Assembly (NCBI GenBank): GCA_001464895.1
Contig: LNEE01000037.1
Coordinates: forward strand, 59,653-123,652
DNA from: Betaproteobacteria bacterium Ga0077532
Lineage (GTDB): Bacteria > Pseudomonadota > Gammaproteobacteria > Burkholderiales > Ga0077523
Length of the DNA stretch: 64,000 nt
Reading direction: 5' to 3'
Within the stretch, counting starts at the first letter, position 1. Each line of letters starts with the position of its first letter. The position numbers were made by a program, and so were the translations under genes. This document shows, piece after piece, positions 1 to 10,597 of the stretch. The notes below the pieces were generated by a model. That model was given only the letters and a program-made list of their open reading frames with translations. It was not told where the DNA came from and did not search any database.

Positions 1-243
1 GGAGTGCGTGAACACCTTCATGCCTTCGGTGACCGGCGTCGCGCAGGCAGGCAGCGGCTTCGGCGCCTTCTCGACCTGGACGAGGCACATGCGGCAGTTG
101 GCCGCGATCGACAGCTTCTTGTGCCAGCAGAAGTGCGGGACGTAGACACCGAGGCGGTTGGTCGCCTCCATCACCATCGAGCCCTCCGGCACCTGCACCG
201 GTTGGCCATCGACTTCGAGATTGATCAGCTTCGGTTCGCTCAT
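1..243 (-). CDS. nuoG: NADH-quinone oxidoreductase subunit G, N-terminal fragment (runs off left edge)
   Basis: Reverse translation from ATG at 241-243 reads MSEPKLINLEVDGQPVQVPEGSMVMEATNRLGVYVPHFCWHKKLSIAANCRMCLVQVEKAPKPLPACATPVTEGMKVFTHS, the 2Fe-2S ferredoxin-like NuoG N-terminus. It lies 8 nt downstream of the nuoF stop. The plus-strand ORF 4..255 is its antisense shadow. Confidence 0.85.
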   Translation of the reverse strand, partial: MSEPKLINLEVDGQPVQVPEGSMVMEATNRLGVYVPHFCWHKKLSIAANCRMCLVQVEKAPKPLPACATPVTEGMKVFTHS

Positions 244-251
244 GTCGCTTC

Positions 252-1574
252 CTAGGCCGCCTTCGCCACGGCATCGACCAGGCAGACCTTGTGGTCGATG
301 TGGTACTGGAATTCGTCGCGGTAGTGCTTGAGGAACGCGCGTACCGGCATCGCGGCGGCGTCGCCCAGCGCGCAGATCGTCCGGCCCTGGATGTTCTGCG
401 CGACCTGATCGAGCATGTCGAGATCTTCCGGGCGGCCGCGGCCGTGCTCGATGCGGTTCACCATGCGGTACAGCCAGCCGGTACCCTCGCGGCAGGGCGT
501 GCACTGACCGCACGATTCCTCGTAGTAGAAGTACGAGAGGCGTTCGAGACAGCGCACCATGCAGCGGGTGTCGTTCATCACGATGACGGCGCCGGAACCG
601 AGCATCGACCCCGCCTTCGCGATGGAGTCGTAGTCCATGTCGGTGGCCATCATGATCTCGGCAGGCAGCACCGGCATCGACGAACCACCAGGGATGCATG
701 CCTTCAGCGGACGCCCCTCGCGCATGCCACCGGCCATCTCGAGCAGCGTCGCGAAAGGCGTACCGAGTCTGACCTCGTAGTTGCCGGGCCGGGCGACGTC
801 ACCGGACACCGAGAAGATCTTCGTGCCGCCGTTGTTCGGCTTGCCCAGCGCGAGGAACGCCTCGCCGCCATTGCGGATGATCCACGGCACCGCGGCGAAC
901 GTCTCGGTGTTGTTGATCGTGGTGGGCTTGCCGTACAGGCCGAAACTCGCGGGGAACGGCGGCTTGAAGCGGGGCTGGCCCTTCTTGCCTTCGAGCGATT
1001 CGAGCAGGGCCGTCTCTTCACCACAGATGTACGCGCCGAAGCCGTGGTGCGCGTGGAGCTGGAACGAAAAGTCGCTGCCGAGGATGCGGTCGCCGAGGAA
1101 GCCGGCGGCGCGCGCCTCTTCCAGGGCGCGCTCGAAGCGCTCGTAGGTCTCCCAGATCTCGCCGTGGATGTAGTTGTAGCCCACCGAGATTCCCATGGCG
1201 TAGGCGGCGATCGCCATGCCCTCGATCACGGTGTGCGGGTTGTAGCGGAGGATGTCGCGATCCTTGAACGTGCCGGGCTCGCCTTCATCCGAATTGCACA
1301 CGAGGTACTTCTGGCCCTCGTAGTTGCGGGGCATGAAGCTCCACTTGAGGCCCGTCGGGAATCCGGCACCGCCACGGCCGCGCAGCACGGATTTCTTGAC
1401 CTCGTCGATCACCGCGGCCGGTGTGATCTTCTCTTCGAGGATCTTGCGGAGGGCGGCATAGCCGCCACGCGCCATGTAGTCGGCGATACCCCAGTTGTTT
1501 CCGTCGACGCCGGCCATGATCACGGCGTCGGGACCGTACGCATCGGTTGCGAAGGGGGGATGGGAGGACTTCAT
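252..1574 (-). CDS. nuoF: NADH-quinone oxidoreductase subunit F
   Basis: The ORF 252..1790 contains NuoF motifs ([25 protein letters not shown]). The likely start is the internal ATG at 1572-1574 (MKSSHPPF...), which overlaps the nuoE stop as ATGA. This gives about 440 aa. Confidence 0.95.
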   Translation of the reverse strand: MKSSHPPFATDAYGPDAVIMAGVDGNNWGIADYMARGGYAALRKILEEKITPAAVIDEVKKSVLRGRGGAGFPTGLKWSFMPRNYEGQKYLVCNSDEGEPGTFKDRDILRYNPHTVIEGMAIAAYAMGISVGYNYIHGEIWETYERFERALEEARAAGFLGDRILGSDFSFQLHAHHGFGAYICGEETALLESLEGKKGQPRFKPPFPASFGLYGKPTTINNTETFAAVPWIIRNGGEAFLALGKPNNGGTKIFSVSGDVARPGNYEVRLGTPFATLLEMAGGMREGRPLKACIPGGSSMPVLPAEIMMATDMDYDSIAKAGSMLGSGAVIVMNDTRCMVRCLERLSYFYYEESCGQCTPCREGTGWLYRMVNRIEHGRGRPEDLDMLDQVAQNIQGRTICALGDAAAMPVRAFLKHYRDEFQYHIDHKVCLVDAVAKAA

Positions 1575-2065
1575 TTCGCAAGCTCCGCAATGAGCGCATC
1601 GAGCTTGTCGGGCGTCATGCCGATCAGCATCTTGCGGTTGTTGTGCAGCAGTACCGGGGAATCCCCGCAGGCACCGAAACACTCGCCTTCCTTCAGCGTG
1701 AACCGGCCATCGGCGGTGGTTTCGCCGAACCCCACGCCGAGCTTCTTCTTCAGATGCGCCGCCGCCTCGAGGGCGCCGGACAGCGCGCACGGCAGGTTGG
1801 TGCAGATGCAGAGCTTGTGACGGCCGAGGGGCTTCAGGTCGTACATCGTGTAGAAGGTCGCGACCTCGTACACGGCGACGGGTGGCATCCCGAGGTGCGC
1901 TGCAACCTCATCCATCAGCGCGGTCGACAGCGAGCCATTCTCGTGCTGCGCAATGGCAAGGGCCGCCATCACCGCGGACTGCTTCTGGTCGGCCGGGTAC
2001 TTGGCCACTTCCCGGTCGATCCGGACACGGGCTTCCGCCGACAGGGTGCCGGTTGCTTCACTCAT
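1571..2065 (-). CDS. nuoE: NADH-quinone oxidoreductase subunit E
   Basis: 164 aa with a thioredoxin-like 2Fe-2S pattern ([12 protein letters not shown] ... ECFGACG). Correct position in the nuo operon. Confidence 0.95.
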   Translation of the reverse strand: MSEATGTLSAEARVRIDREVAKYPADQKQSAVMAALAIAQHENGSLSTALMDEVAAHLGMPPVAVYEVATFYTMYDLKPLGRHKLCICTNLPCALSGALEAAAHLKKKLGVGFGETTADGRFTLKEGECFGACGDSPVLLHNNRKMLIGMTPDKLDALIAELAK

Positions 2066-3315
2066 CGATCGATCTCACCGAACACGACATCCATGGTGCC
2101 GATGATCGCCACGGCATCGGCGATCATGTGCCCCCTCGCCATCTCGTCCATCGCAGCCAGGTGCGGGAATCCCGGCGCGCGGATCTTCACGCGGTAGGGC
2201 TTGTTGGCGCCGTCGGACACCAGATAGATACCGAACTCGCCCTTCGGCGCCTCGACGGCGGAATAGCACTCGCCCTCGGGCACGTGCATGCCCTCGGTGA
2301 AGAGCTTGAAGTGGTGGATCAGCTCTTCCATGTTCGACTTCATCGCCACCCTGGAGGGCGGAGCAACTTTGTGGTTGTCGCTCATCACCGGGCCGGGGTT
2401 CTTCCGCAGCCAGTCGACGCACTGGCGGATGATCCGGTTCGACTGGCGGAACTCCTCCATGCGGACGAGGTACCGGTCGTAGCAGTCCCCGTTGACGCCG
2501 ACCGGGATGTCGAAGTCCATCCGATCGTAGACCTCGTACGGCTGCTTCTTGCGGAGATCCCACTCGACGCCCGAGCCGCGGAGCATGGGCCCCGTGAAGC
2601 CGAGCTGCAGGGCGCGTTCGGGTGTCACGACACCGATGCCGACCGTGCGCTGCTTCCAGATGCGATTGTCGGTGAGCAGCGATTCGTACTCGTCGACGAG
2701 CTTCGGGAAGCGATCGGTGAAGTCCTGGATGAAATCCAGCATCGAGCCCTGACGGTTCTCGTTCAGGCGCTTCACGTCGGCGGCCGAGCGAAGAGGAGAT
2801 TCGTCGTACTGCGGCATCCGATCGGGAAGATCGCGGTACACGCCACCGGGCCGGTAGTAGGCCGCATGCAGACGGGCTCCGGAGACGGCCTCGTAGCAGT
2901 CCATGAGGTCTTCGCGCTCACGGAAGCAGTACAGGAAGATCGTCATCGCCCCGATGTCGAGGCCGTGCGCACCAAGCCAGAGCAGGTGGTTCAGCACGCG
3001 TGTGATCTCGTCGAACATCACGCGGATGTACTGCGCGCGGATCGGCACCTCGATGCCCAGCAGCTTCTCGATGGCCATCACGTACGCGTGCTCGTTGCAC
3101 ATCATCGACACGTAATCGAGTCGATCCATGTACGGCACGCTCTGGATGAACATCTTCTGCTCGGCGAGCTTCTCCGTCGCGCGGTGCAGAAGACCGATGT
3201 GCGGATCGGCGCGTTGGATCACTTCGCCGTCGAGCTCCAGCACGAGGCGCAACACACCATGCGCCGCCGGATGCTGCGGGCCAAAGTTCATGGTGAAGTT
3301 GCGGATCTCAGCCAT
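2062..3315 (-). CDS. nuoD: NADH-quinone oxidoreductase subunit D
   Basis: 417 aa starting [31 protein letters not shown], typical of NuoD. Its stop overlaps the nuoE start. Confidence 0.95.
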   Translation of the reverse strand: MAEIRNFTMNFGPQHPAAHGVLRLVLELDGEVIQRADPHIGLLHRATEKLAEQKMFIQSVPYMDRLDYVSMMCNEHAYVMAIEKLLGIEVPIRAQYIRVMFDEITRVLNHLLWLGAHGLDIGAMTIFLYCFREREDLMDCYEAVSGARLHAAYYRPGGVYRDLPDRMPQYDESPLRSAADVKRLNENRQGSMLDFIQDFTDRFPKLVDEYESLLTDNRIWKQRTVGIGVVTPERALQLGFTGPMLRGSGVEWDLRKKQPYEVYDRMDFDIPVGVNGDCYDRYLVRMEEFRQSNRIIRQCVDWLRKNPGPVMSDNHKVAPPSRVAMKSNMEELIHHFKLFTEGMHVPEGECYSAVEAPKGEFGIYLVSDGANKPYRVKIRAPGFPHLAAMDEMARGHMIADAVAIIGTMDVVFGEIDR

Positions 3316-3465
3316 GGCGACCTCCGAGAACAGCGCAGGTCGCCGTCGCTGAGCGCGACGTGCCGTGAACTTCAGTGGAAGCTAACGCTGGCACTGCCGG
3401 GGTTAGGCTGGAACTAAAGTTCATGGTGAACGTAGTCGCGGTGAAACTGCGGATCTCAGCCATGG

Positions 3466-4077
3466 CTATTCCACATCACCGTAGTGCTCTTCACGCACGA
3501 CACGCGGCACGATCTCGCGCGGCTCGATGCTGACGGGCTGGTAGATGACACGCTGCTGATAGGGGTCGTAGCGCATCTCGACATAGCCGGACACCGGGAA
3601 GTCCTTGCGGAACGGATGCCCGATGAAACCGTAGTCGGTGAGGATGCGACGCAGATCCGGATGACCCGGGAAGACGATACCGAACAGATCGAAGGCTTCG
3701 CGCTCGAACCAGTTCGCGCCCGACCAGACGTCGACGACGGAATCCACGGAGGGGAAATCATCGTCCTCTGCAAACACCTTAATGCGGAGACGCTGGTTGT
3801 GCTGGATGGACAGCAGCTGAACGGCGACGGAGAAGCGCTGACCATCCCATCGACCGTTGCCGTACGCTTGATAGTCCATGCCACAGAGGTCGATCAGTTG
3901 CTCGAAACGCAACTGCGGAGAATCGCGCAACTGTCTCGCTGCCGTGACCCACGAGGCGGCTGCGATGGTCACGATGGCCTGATCACGCACGACTTCGGTG
4001 TCGACAACCGCGGCACCGAGAACGGCGCGGGTCACTTCCAGCAGATTGACGGGGTCGGTCACGCGATCACCGGGCAA
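3466..4077 (-). CDS. nuoC: NADH-quinone oxidoreductase subunit C
   Basis: 203 aa with the NuoC-like C-terminal half ([31 protein letters not shown]). The listed start is a TTG overlapping the nuoB end, so the exact start is uncertain. Confidence 0.9.
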   Translation of the reverse strand: MPGDRVTDPVNLLEVTRAVLGAAVVDTEVVRDQAIVTIAAASWVTAARQLRDSPQLRFEQLIDLCGMDYQAYGNGRWDGQRFSVAVQLLSIQHNQRLRIKVFAEDDDFPSVDSVVDVWSGANWFEREAFDLFGIVFPGHPDLRRILTDYGFIGHPFRKDFPVSGYVEMRYDPYQQRVIYQPVSIEPREIVPRVVREEHYGDVE

Positions 4078-4543
4078 TGGTGTTCTGACGGCGGATCTTG
4101 TTCTGCAACTGGATGATCCCGTAGAGCAGTGCCTCGGCGGTCGGCGGACACCCCGGAACGTAGACGTCCACAGGCACGATCCGGTCGCAACCGCGCACGA
4201 CAGAGTACGAATAGTGGTAGTAGCCGCCGCCGTTCGCGCAGGAACCCATCGAGATCACCCAGCGGGGTTCGGCCATCTGGTCGTACACCTTGCGAAGCGC
4301 GGGGGCCATCTTGTTGCACAGGGTACCCGCCACGATCATGACGTCGGACTGGCGAGGGCTCGGACGGAACACGATACCGAAGCGGTCGAGGTCATACCGG
4401 GAGGCACCAGCCTGCATCATCTCGACAGCGCAACAGGCGAGGCCGAACGTCATCGGCCAGAGAGAGCCGGTACGGGTCCAGTTGATGAGGGAATCGACCG
4501 AGGTCGTGACGAATCCCTTCTGAAGCTCGCCTTCTATGCCCAT
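4067..4543 (-). CDS. nuoB: NADH-quinone oxidoreductase subunit B
   Basis: Contains the NuoB motifs [16 protein letters not shown] and [17 protein letters not shown] at 4541-4543 ([11 protein letters not shown]) with GGAG 5 nt upstream is preferred over the GTG at 4549. Confidence 0.93.
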   Translation of the reverse strand: MGIEGELQKGFVTTSVDSLINWTRTGSLWPMTFGLACCAVEMMQAGASRYDLDRFGIVFRPSPRQSDVMIVAGTLCNKMAPALRKVYDQMAEPRWVISMGSCANGGGYYHYSYSVVRGCDRIVPVDVYVPGCPPTAEALLYGIIQLQNKIRRQNTIAR

Positions 4544-4601
4544 GCGCACTCCGTCGGGTGGAGCAACTGGTCAGCGGAAACGGCGGCTGCGACTCGCAGA
4601 C

Positions 4602-4970
4602 TCATTCCCATTCCAGCGCACCCTTCTTCCATTCGTAGATGAACCCCACCACGAGGATCGCGAGGAACACGACCATGGCGAGAAATCCGAACAATCCGAT
4701 CTCCTGGAGCACGATGGCCCAGGGAAAGAGAAAAGCGATCTCGAGATCGAAGAGGATGAAGAGGATGGCGACGAGGTAGTAGCGGACGTCGAATTTCATC
4801 CGCGCGTCTTCGAAGGCCTCGAAGCCGCACTCGTACGGAGAAAGCTTTTGAGAGTCAGGACGGTTGTGTCCGAGAAGCGTGGACAGCCCGCCACCGGCGA
4901 GAATTGCGGCACCGCCGACGGCGATACCCACAAGAATGAACAGAAGTACCGGAAAATAGTTTCCTAGCAT
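4602..4970 (-). CDS. nuoA: NADH-quinone oxidoreductase subunit A
   Basis: 122-aa protein with three transmembrane segments and the motif YECGFEAF...[23 protein letters not shown]. Confidence 0.93.
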   Translation of the reverse strand: MLGNYFPVLLFILVGIAVGGAAILAGGGLSTLLGHNRPDSQKLSPYECGFEAFEDARMKFDVRYYLVAILFILFDLEIAFLFPWAIVLQEIGLFGFLAMVVFLAILVVGFIYEWKKGALEWE

Positions 4971-5136
4971 CGCGTTCCAGGACCCCTCATCGCGACACGG
5001 ACCCCAGACTCAAGGGACCCAAACGACATCGACCGGGTGCCCTACTGCTGCATCGATCGCCACGGTTTTCAATGCCTGCTCCGGACCACGGCGATCATCC
5101 GGAATGTTCGTTGCGACATACTCGTTACGAAATCAT

Positions 5137-5221
5137 TGGTGCCGACGGCGAGACTCGAACTCGCACAGCTTTCGCCACTGCCCCCTCAAGACAGCGTGTC
5201 TACCAATTTCACCACGTCGGC
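5137..5221 (-). tRNA. tRNA-Leu (anticodon GAG)
   Basis: The reverse complement reads GCCGACGTGGTGAAATTGGTAGACACGCTGTCTTGAGGGGGCAGTGGCGAAAGCTGTGCGAGTTCGAGTCTCGCCGTCGGCACCA. It has a 7-bp acceptor stem, anticodon loop TTGAGGG (GAG), a long variable arm, GTTCGAGTC in the T-arm, and an encoded CCA. Confidence 0.9.
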
Positions 5222-5260
5222 ACAGCACTGCCACGACCACTTACGGCCGGAACTACACAC

Positions 5261-5614
5261 TTACTTAGGAATTTCCTTCGCCTTGGAGTCAGCGTCCGCC
5301 GGAGACACGGGAGGTGCCTCGGTAGATGACGCCTTGTCCGAAGTCGCAGGCGGCGCTCCGAGGATGACGCCCTTCGAATCCGACCGACCGGTGGACAGGT
5401 AGGTCAAACCCAGACTGGTCACGAAGAACACCGCAGCAATCACGGCGGTCGCGCGACTCAGAAAATTGGCGGAGCCACTGGCGCCGAACAGGCTGCCGGC
5501 GGAACCACTGCCGAATGCGGCCCCCATGTCCGCGCCCTTGCCGTGCTGCAACAGCACCAGGCCGATCACGGCCGCAGCGGCAAGAACGTGCAACACGAGG
5601 ATCACTGTTTGCAT
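5261..5614 (-). CDS. secG: Preprotein translocase subunit SecG
   Basis: 117 aa starting MQTVILVLHVLAAAAVIGLVLLQHGKGADMGAAFGSGSAGSLFGASGSANFLSR, a typical SecG. The tpiA-secG-tRNALeu-nuoA order also fits. Confidence 0.9.
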   Translation of the reverse strand: MQTVILVLHVLAAAAVIGLVLLQHGKGADMGAAFGSGSAGSLFGASGSANFLSRATAVIAAVFFVTSLGLTYLSTGRSDSKGVILGAPPATSDKASSTEAPPVSPADADSKAKEIPK

Positions 5615-5620
5615 TTTTTC

Positions 5621-6379
5621 CTATCGGGATGCGAGTGCCGCAGCCCGATGTATCTCCAGAAATTCCTTCGCCACCAGGGACGCCCCACCGACGAGCCCCC
5701 CATCCACGTCGGGCATCGCGAACAAGGTCGCCGCATTCGCGCCCTTCACGCTGCCCCCATACAGTATCTGCAAGGTCGAAGCCCTTGCAGCATCCAGCGC
5801 CGCCACTCGTGCGCGAATGAATGCGTGGACCTCTTGAGCCTGCTCCGGCGAGGCTGTCAGCCCCGTGCCGATCGCCCAGACCGGCTCGTATGCAAATACC
5901 GCCGACGCCAAAACTTCCCTTCCCGCGACGCTCAAGAAAACATCCACCTGTGAACCGATCACAGCCTCGGTCCGGCCGGACTCTCGTTCCGCGCGCGTCT
6001 CTCCGACACATACCACTGGAACCATCCCCGCACGGTGCGCAGAAACCGCCTTTCGGGCGACCTCTTCACTCATCTCACCGTGCAACGTACGGCGCTCAGA
6101 ATGCCCCACAAGTACATAGCCACAACCCAGCTCAACCAGCATGCCTCCGGAAACGTCCCCGGTGTAGGCTCCGCTTTCGAACTCACTCAAGTCCTGGGCG
6201 CCAATCCGCAGCCCCGAACCCGCGACCATATCTGCGCATTGCTGCAGATATGGAAACGGGGGGAACACGACCATTCCCGCACCAGACACATCTGCCGCCT
6301 TCAACTGCTCCAGAAGCGCCTCATTCGACGCGCGGCTGCCGTTCATCTTCCAGTTCCCGGCGACCAGTTTCGTCCGCAT
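5621..6379 (-). CDS. tpiA: Triosephosphate isomerase
   Basis: 252 aa with the TIM motifs AGNWKMNG, VLVGHSERR, AYEPVWAIGTG and YGGSV. Confidence 0.95.
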   Translation of the reverse strand: MRTKLVAGNWKMNGSRASNEALLEQLKAADVSGAGMVVFPPFPYLQQCADMVAGSGLRIGAQDLSEFESGAYTGDVSGGMLVELGCGYVLVGHSERRTLHGEMSEEVARKAVSAHRAGMVPVVCVGETRAERESGRTEAVIGSQVDVFLSVAGREVLASAVFAYEPVWAIGTGLTASPEQAQEVHAFIRARVAALDAARASTLQILYGGSVKGANAATLFAMPDVDGGLVGGASLVAKEFLEIHRAAALASR

Positions 6380-6551
6380 CGCGTGCGCTTATTCCAGAGC
6401 GAAAAACTAAGCGAGTGTACCCGTCGTCAGGGAGATGGGTCAACGGTGCTGCAGCGCAAAACGCCTCACAGGCAGGCTAATAAGTACACTGCAGACGATG
6501 TGTTGGCGCGGCTCGCCGCCCCCATCCGTGCAGCGCACGCGCGCCGACGAA

Positions 6552-7352
6552 TCAGCCGAAACGACCCGTGATGTAGTCTTCGGTCGCCTTGTTCTTCGGC
6601 TTGATGAAAATCGTGTCGGTCGCATCGAACTCGATCATTTCGCCCAGATACATGTAGGCGGTGAAGTCCGATACCCGGGCCGCCTGCTGCATGTTGTGGG
6701 TGACGATCAGGATCGTGACCTTGTCCTTCAGGTCGGCTATCAGTTCTTCGATGCTTGCCGTTGCGATGGGGTCGAGCGCGGAGGTCGGCTCATCGAACAG
6801 GAGAATCTCGGGTTCCGTGGCCAGCGCCCGCGCGATGCAGAGCCGCTGCTGCTGGCCACCGGACAGATTGAAGGCAAGGTCATTCAAGCGATCCTTGACC
6901 TCATCCCAGAGCGCTGCACCGCGCAGAGCCTGCTCGACCTTCTCATCCAGGAGCGCGACTCCGCGAACACCCCGGACCCGCAATCCGTAGGCGACGTTCT
7001 CGTAGATCGACTTCGGGAAGGGGTTCGGCTTCTGGAACACCATGCTGATCCGCATCCGCACTTCGATGGGATCCACCTGCGGGTTCAGCAGATTGGTGTT
7101 GTCGGGGTGCAGACGGATGTCTCCGTCGTAACGGTTCCCCGGATACAGATCGTGCATCCGGTTGAAGCACCGCAGGTAGGTGGACTTACCGCAACCGGAC
7201 GGACCGATCAATGCTGTCACTTTCCGCTCGTAGATGGGCATGTTGATGCCCTTCAAGGCGTGGAAGCTGCCGTAGTAGAAGTTCAGATTGCGCGCTTCGG
7301 CCTTGATCCGGAGATCGGCGGTGACTGCCGGACCATCGGTGACTTTGGACAT
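6552..7352 (-). CDS. pstB: Phosphate ABC transporter ATP-binding protein PstB
   Basis: 266 aa with Walker [10 protein letters not shown], signature [14 protein letters not shown], Walker [13 protein letters not shown], and the PstB-type end [18 protein letters not shown]. Confidence 0.95.
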   Translation of the reverse strand: MSKVTDGPAVTADLRIKAEARNLNFYYGSFHALKGINMPIYERKVTALIGPSGCGKSTYLRCFNRMHDLYPGNRYDGDIRLHPDNTNLLNPQVDPIEVRMRISMVFQKPNPFPKSIYENVAYGLRVRGVRGVALLDEKVEQALRGAALWDEVKDRLNDLAFNLSGGQQQRLCIARALATEPEILLFDEPTSALDPIATASIEELIADLKDKVTILIVTHNMQQAARVSDFTAYMYLGEMIEFDATDTIFIKPKNKATEDYITGRFG

Positions 7353-7361
7353 GGGCTCGGA

Positions 7362-8285
7362 CTACCACTTGATGTTTTTGCGCAGGCGGTACCGGATCAT
7401 GATCGCGATACCGTTCATGGAGAGCGTCATGACGACCAGAACCAGGCCCGCCGCCGCAGCGTTCTCGTGGAAGGCCGCCTCGGGACGGGAGGTCCAGTTG
7501 AACATCTGGATCGGCATCACTGTGAAGGCTGAGGTCAGCCATTCGAATGACACGAACGGGAACTCCGGCTGCACCGGTGCGGGCGGCAGGAAGGCGATGA
7601 ACGTAAGCGCGCCGATCGTGATGATGGGCGCCGTCTCGCCGATCGCCCGGGCCATGCCGATGATGATGCCGGTCATGATGCCTGGGGCTGAGTACGGAAG
7701 GATGTGGTCGACCGTGGTCTGCCACTTGGTGGCCCCCACCGCATACGCGCCCTCGCGAATCGAGGCCGGAATCGATCGGATCGACTCTCGTGTCGCCACG
7801 ATGACGACTGGCAGGATCAGCAACGAAAGCGTGAGGCCCGCTGAAAGGATGCTCTGACCGAACCCGAATTGGTAGACGAATAGGCCGAGCGCCAGGAGAC
7901 CGTAGACGATCGACGGGACGCCCGCCAGATTCGTCACGTTGATCTCGATGATGTCGGTCATCCAGTTCTTCGGGGCGTACTCCTCCAGATAAACGGCTGC
8001 CGCAACACCGAGCGGGATTGCAGCAACGGCAGTGACGACCATCACGAGGCTCGTGCCGACCCAGGCCGAAAGAATGCCCGCGTTCTCTGGGCGGCGGGAC
8101 GGGAAGTTCGAGAAGAATTCGAGGTTGAGCCGTGGCAGGCCGTCGACGACCATGCCGAAAAACAATGCGGCGAAGGTGAGCACCCCGACCATCAGGGCCA
8201 GCACGCCACAGACGGCAAACATGAGATCGTGCCGCTTGTGGCGCGCGATCAGCTGACGGATCTCCCGGACGTCGTGCTTCAGCAT
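7362..8285 (-). CDS. pstA: Phosphate ABC transporter permease PstA
   Basis: 307-aa polytopic permease with the EAA-like loop REGAYAVGATKWQT, positioned between pstB and pstC. Confidence 0.9.
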   Translation of the reverse strand: MLKHDVREIRQLIARHKRHDLMFAVCGVLALMVGVLTFAALFFGMVVDGLPRLNLEFFSNFPSRRPENAGILSAWVGTSLVMVVTAVAAIPLGVAAAVYLEEYAPKNWMTDIIEINVTNLAGVPSIVYGLLALGLFVYQFGFGQSILSAGLTLSLLILPVVIVATRESIRSIPASIREGAYAVGATKWQTTVDHILPYSAPGIMTGIIIGMARAIGETAPIITIGALTFIAFLPPAPVQPEFPFVSFEWLTSAFTVMPIQMFNWTSRPEAAFHENAAAAGLVLVVMTLSMNGIAIMIRYRLRKNIKW

Positions 8286-8286
8286 G

Positions 8287-9222
8287 TCAATAGGCCTGCC
8301 GGAATCGCCGCTTGAGCACGTGGCCGAGTACGTTAAAACAGAGGGTGATCAACATGAGCGTGAGGCCCGCGGCGAAGATGGTCTGGTAGCCGATGGAACC
8401 ATGGGGCAGGTCTCCCAGAGCGACCTGGACGATGTAGGCAGTGATCGTCGCGGCGGGTTCGAGTGGATTCCAGGTGAGATTGGGCTGCATCCCTGCTGCG
8501 ACGGCAAGGATCATCGTCTCCCCCACGGCGCGCGATATTCCAAGGATGTACGCGGCCGCGATCCCTGAGAGCGCGGCGGGCGTGACCACCCGCACGGCTG
8601 TCTGGAAACGGGTGGCACCCATGGCGTACGAACCCTCCCGCATGCTCATGGGCACCGATCGCATGGCGTCCTCGGAGAGCGAACTCACGTAGGGGATGAT
8701 CATGATGCCCATCACCAATCCTGCCGACAGCAGGTTGAATCCGGGCAGTTCCGGCATCAGCCATTGGAGTGCCGGCGTGACATACAGAAGGGCGAAGTAG
8801 CCATACACCACTGTCGGCACGCCCCCCAGCAGTTCCAGGAACGGCTTTGCGATCTCACGGACCGAGAAGGGTGCGAACTCCGAGAGGTAGATCGCGATGA
8901 TCGTCCCCAGCGGAATAGCCACGAGCAGGGCGACGAGGGAACTCACCAAAGTACCCGACAGCAGCACCATGATCCCGTAGTGGGCATCGTCGAAAAGTGG
9001 TGTCCACTGCGTATCGGTCAGGAAGTCGATGATCGAAACGTGGCGAAAGAACTGGATCGACTCGGACACCAGGACGAACACGATGCCCACCGTCACGAAG
9101 ACCGAGAACAACGCCGCCGCCAGGAGACAGGCTTCGATGATGCGCTCCTTCACGTGCCGGGAGGCCCGACGCCGAAGGCGACTACTGACAACCTGGGGAG
9201 ATTCCGCCGTGGAGGTGTTCAT
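8287..9222 (-). CDS. pstC: Phosphate ABC transporter permease PstC
   Basis: Permease with the loop REGSYAMGATRFQT. The internal ATG at 9220-9222 (MNTSTAESPQV) is preferred over the extended ORF start at 9312. Confidence 0.88.
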   Translation of the reverse strand: MNTSTAESPQVVSSRLRRRASRHVKERIIEACLLAAALFSVFVTVGIVFVLVSESIQFFRHVSIIDFLTDTQWTPLFDDAHYGIMVLLSGTLVSSLVALLVAIPLGTIIAIYLSEFAPFSVREIAKPFLELLGGVPTVVYGYFALLYVTPALQWLMPELPGFNLLSAGLVMGIMIIPYVSSLSEDAMRSVPMSMREGSYAMGATRFQTAVRVVTPAALSGIAAAYILGISRAVGETMILAVAAGMQPNLTWNPLEPAATITAYIVQVALGDLPHGSIGYQTIFAAGLTLMLITLCFNVLGHVLKRRFRQAY

Positions 9223-9363
9223 GTTTTGTTGTCGTGCGCTTCTGCAGCACCCGCCGGAACGACTGCGAGACACTGCAACGCGAATCCCCAGGAAAAACGA
9301 ACAGGAGGGCATGCGCCCTCCTGCGTCCCGATCCAGTCGAGCGAACCGACTGGCACTTCGATC

Positions 9364-10374
9364 TCAGAGTTTGGCTTCGAGCTTCAGAAGTTCTTCGATT
9401 GTAAGTCCAACCTGGTTCTCTCCACCGAACTTGGTGCCGAGAACCCTCTTCTCGATCATCTCCAGATTTGCGGTGTAGACCTTGCCCGGCAAGGGTACGT
9501 ACTTCACTTCGCGAATCAGGGCATCCGCGTGCTTCATGTAGTACTGAACGAACTCGCGAATCTCGGGCCGGTCGAGCGACTTCGCGTTCACATAGATGAA
9601 GATCGGACGAGCCAGGGGTTGATAGCTGCCGTCGACGACTGTCTCGAGAGAGGGGAGGACCGGCTTGCCCGTCTTCGGATTGACGATAGGCAACGCCTTC
9701 AACTTGTCCTTGTTCTCGATGTAGTAGGCGTAACCGAAGTACCCGAGACCGTTGGCGTCGCGGGCAACGCCCTGCACGAGAATGTTGTCGTCCTCGGCGG
9801 CAGTGAAGTCGCCGCGACTCGCCTTGGAGCGGCCGTTGATCGATTCCGTGAAGTAGTCGAACGTACCCGAATCAGCGCCCGCACCGAACAGCTTCATCGG
9901 CTGATCAGGCCAGGCGGGATTGACCTGCTGCCAGCGCACCACCTTGCCCTGTGCTGCCGGTTCCCACATCTTCTTCAGCTCGGCCACCGTGATGGACTTC
10001 AGCCACTCGTTCTTGGGATTCACGACCACGGTCAGGGCATCGTAGGCGACCGGCAATTCGATGTACTTGACGCCGGCCTTGCGGCATTCCTCCATCTCGC
10101 GAGCGAGAATGGGGCGGGAAGCATCGGAAATGTCGGTTTCGCCACGGCAGAACTTCTTGAAGCCTCCGCCCGTCCCGGAGATCCCGACGGTCACGCGAAC
10201 CTTGCCGCGCTTCGACTGCTGGAAATCCTCGGCCACGGCCTCGGTGATGGGAAACACCGTCGACGAGCCATCGACCTTGACCGTCTCCTGTGCGGCCACA
10301 TAGGCCGGCTGGACCGACACGAGGCTGACGATGGCGACGGCAGCAAGCCAAGGCTGGCGGGTGAATTCGAGCAT
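9364..10374 (-). CDS. pstS: Phosphate-binding protein PstS
   Basis: Periplasmic binding protein ([18 protein letters not shown]..., [24 protein letters not shown]). ATG at 10372-10374 has AGGAG 7 nt upstream and yields the signal peptide [21 protein letters not shown]...AAQ. The longer start at 10404 would overlap the predicted Pho promoter. Confidence 0.88.
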   Translation of the reverse strand: MLEFTRQPWLAAVAIVSLVSVQPAYVAAQETVKVDGSSTVFPITEAVAEDFQQSKRGKVRVTVGISGTGGGFKKFCRGETDISDASRPILAREMEECRKAGVKYIELPVAYDALTVVVNPKNEWLKSITVAELKKMWEPAAQGKVVRWQQVNPAWPDQPMKLFGAGADSGTFDYFTESINGRSKASRGDFTAAEDDNILVQGVARDANGLGYFGYAYYIENKDKLKALPIVNPKTGKPVLPSLETVVDGSYQPLARPIFIYVNAKSLDRPEIREFVQYYMKHADALIREVKYVPLPGKVYTANLEMIEKRVLGTKFGGENQVGLTIEELLKLEAKL

Positions 10375-10426
10375 CGCTGCACTCCTGTTGTGGGCGTAGT
10401 CCATACGCGCAGTGTAGGCGGCGATT

Positions 10427-10444
10427 GTGACACTTTGATTGCAG
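10427..10444 (-). promoter_or_regulatory. Candidate Pho box (PhoB site) of the pstSCAB promoter
   Basis: The minus strand reads CTGCAAT-CAAA-GTGTCAC, two 7-mers at 11-bp spacing that match the CTGTCAT-N4-CTGTCAT consensus at 5/7 and 6/7 positions. A -10-like TACACT (10411-10416) follows after 10 nt. Confidence 0.5.
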
Positions 10445-10597
10445 ATTGGCTTATGGCGAGAGGGCGTCCCATTCAGTGCGAACGTCCCTCTGGACCACCA
10501 CAGCCGGGAGGATCCGAAGTTCCCGTCGTCCGACGCGGGTCACGCTATCGGAGACGGCGAGCGACACACCACAGGGAAGGCCCCGCCACAACGGCGC

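Noticed and set aside
4-1820. Plus-strand ORFs 4..255 and 291..1820
   Set aside because: They are antisense shadows of nuoG and nuoF, which carry unambiguous Nuo motifs on the minus strand.
3308-3463. Annotating the 51-codon ghost ORF between nuoC and nuoD as a protein-coding gene
   Set aside because: Its N-terminus is a degraded copy of nuoD and the rest has no features. It is more plausibly a translated relay or a relic than a functional protein, so it is reported as a finding only.
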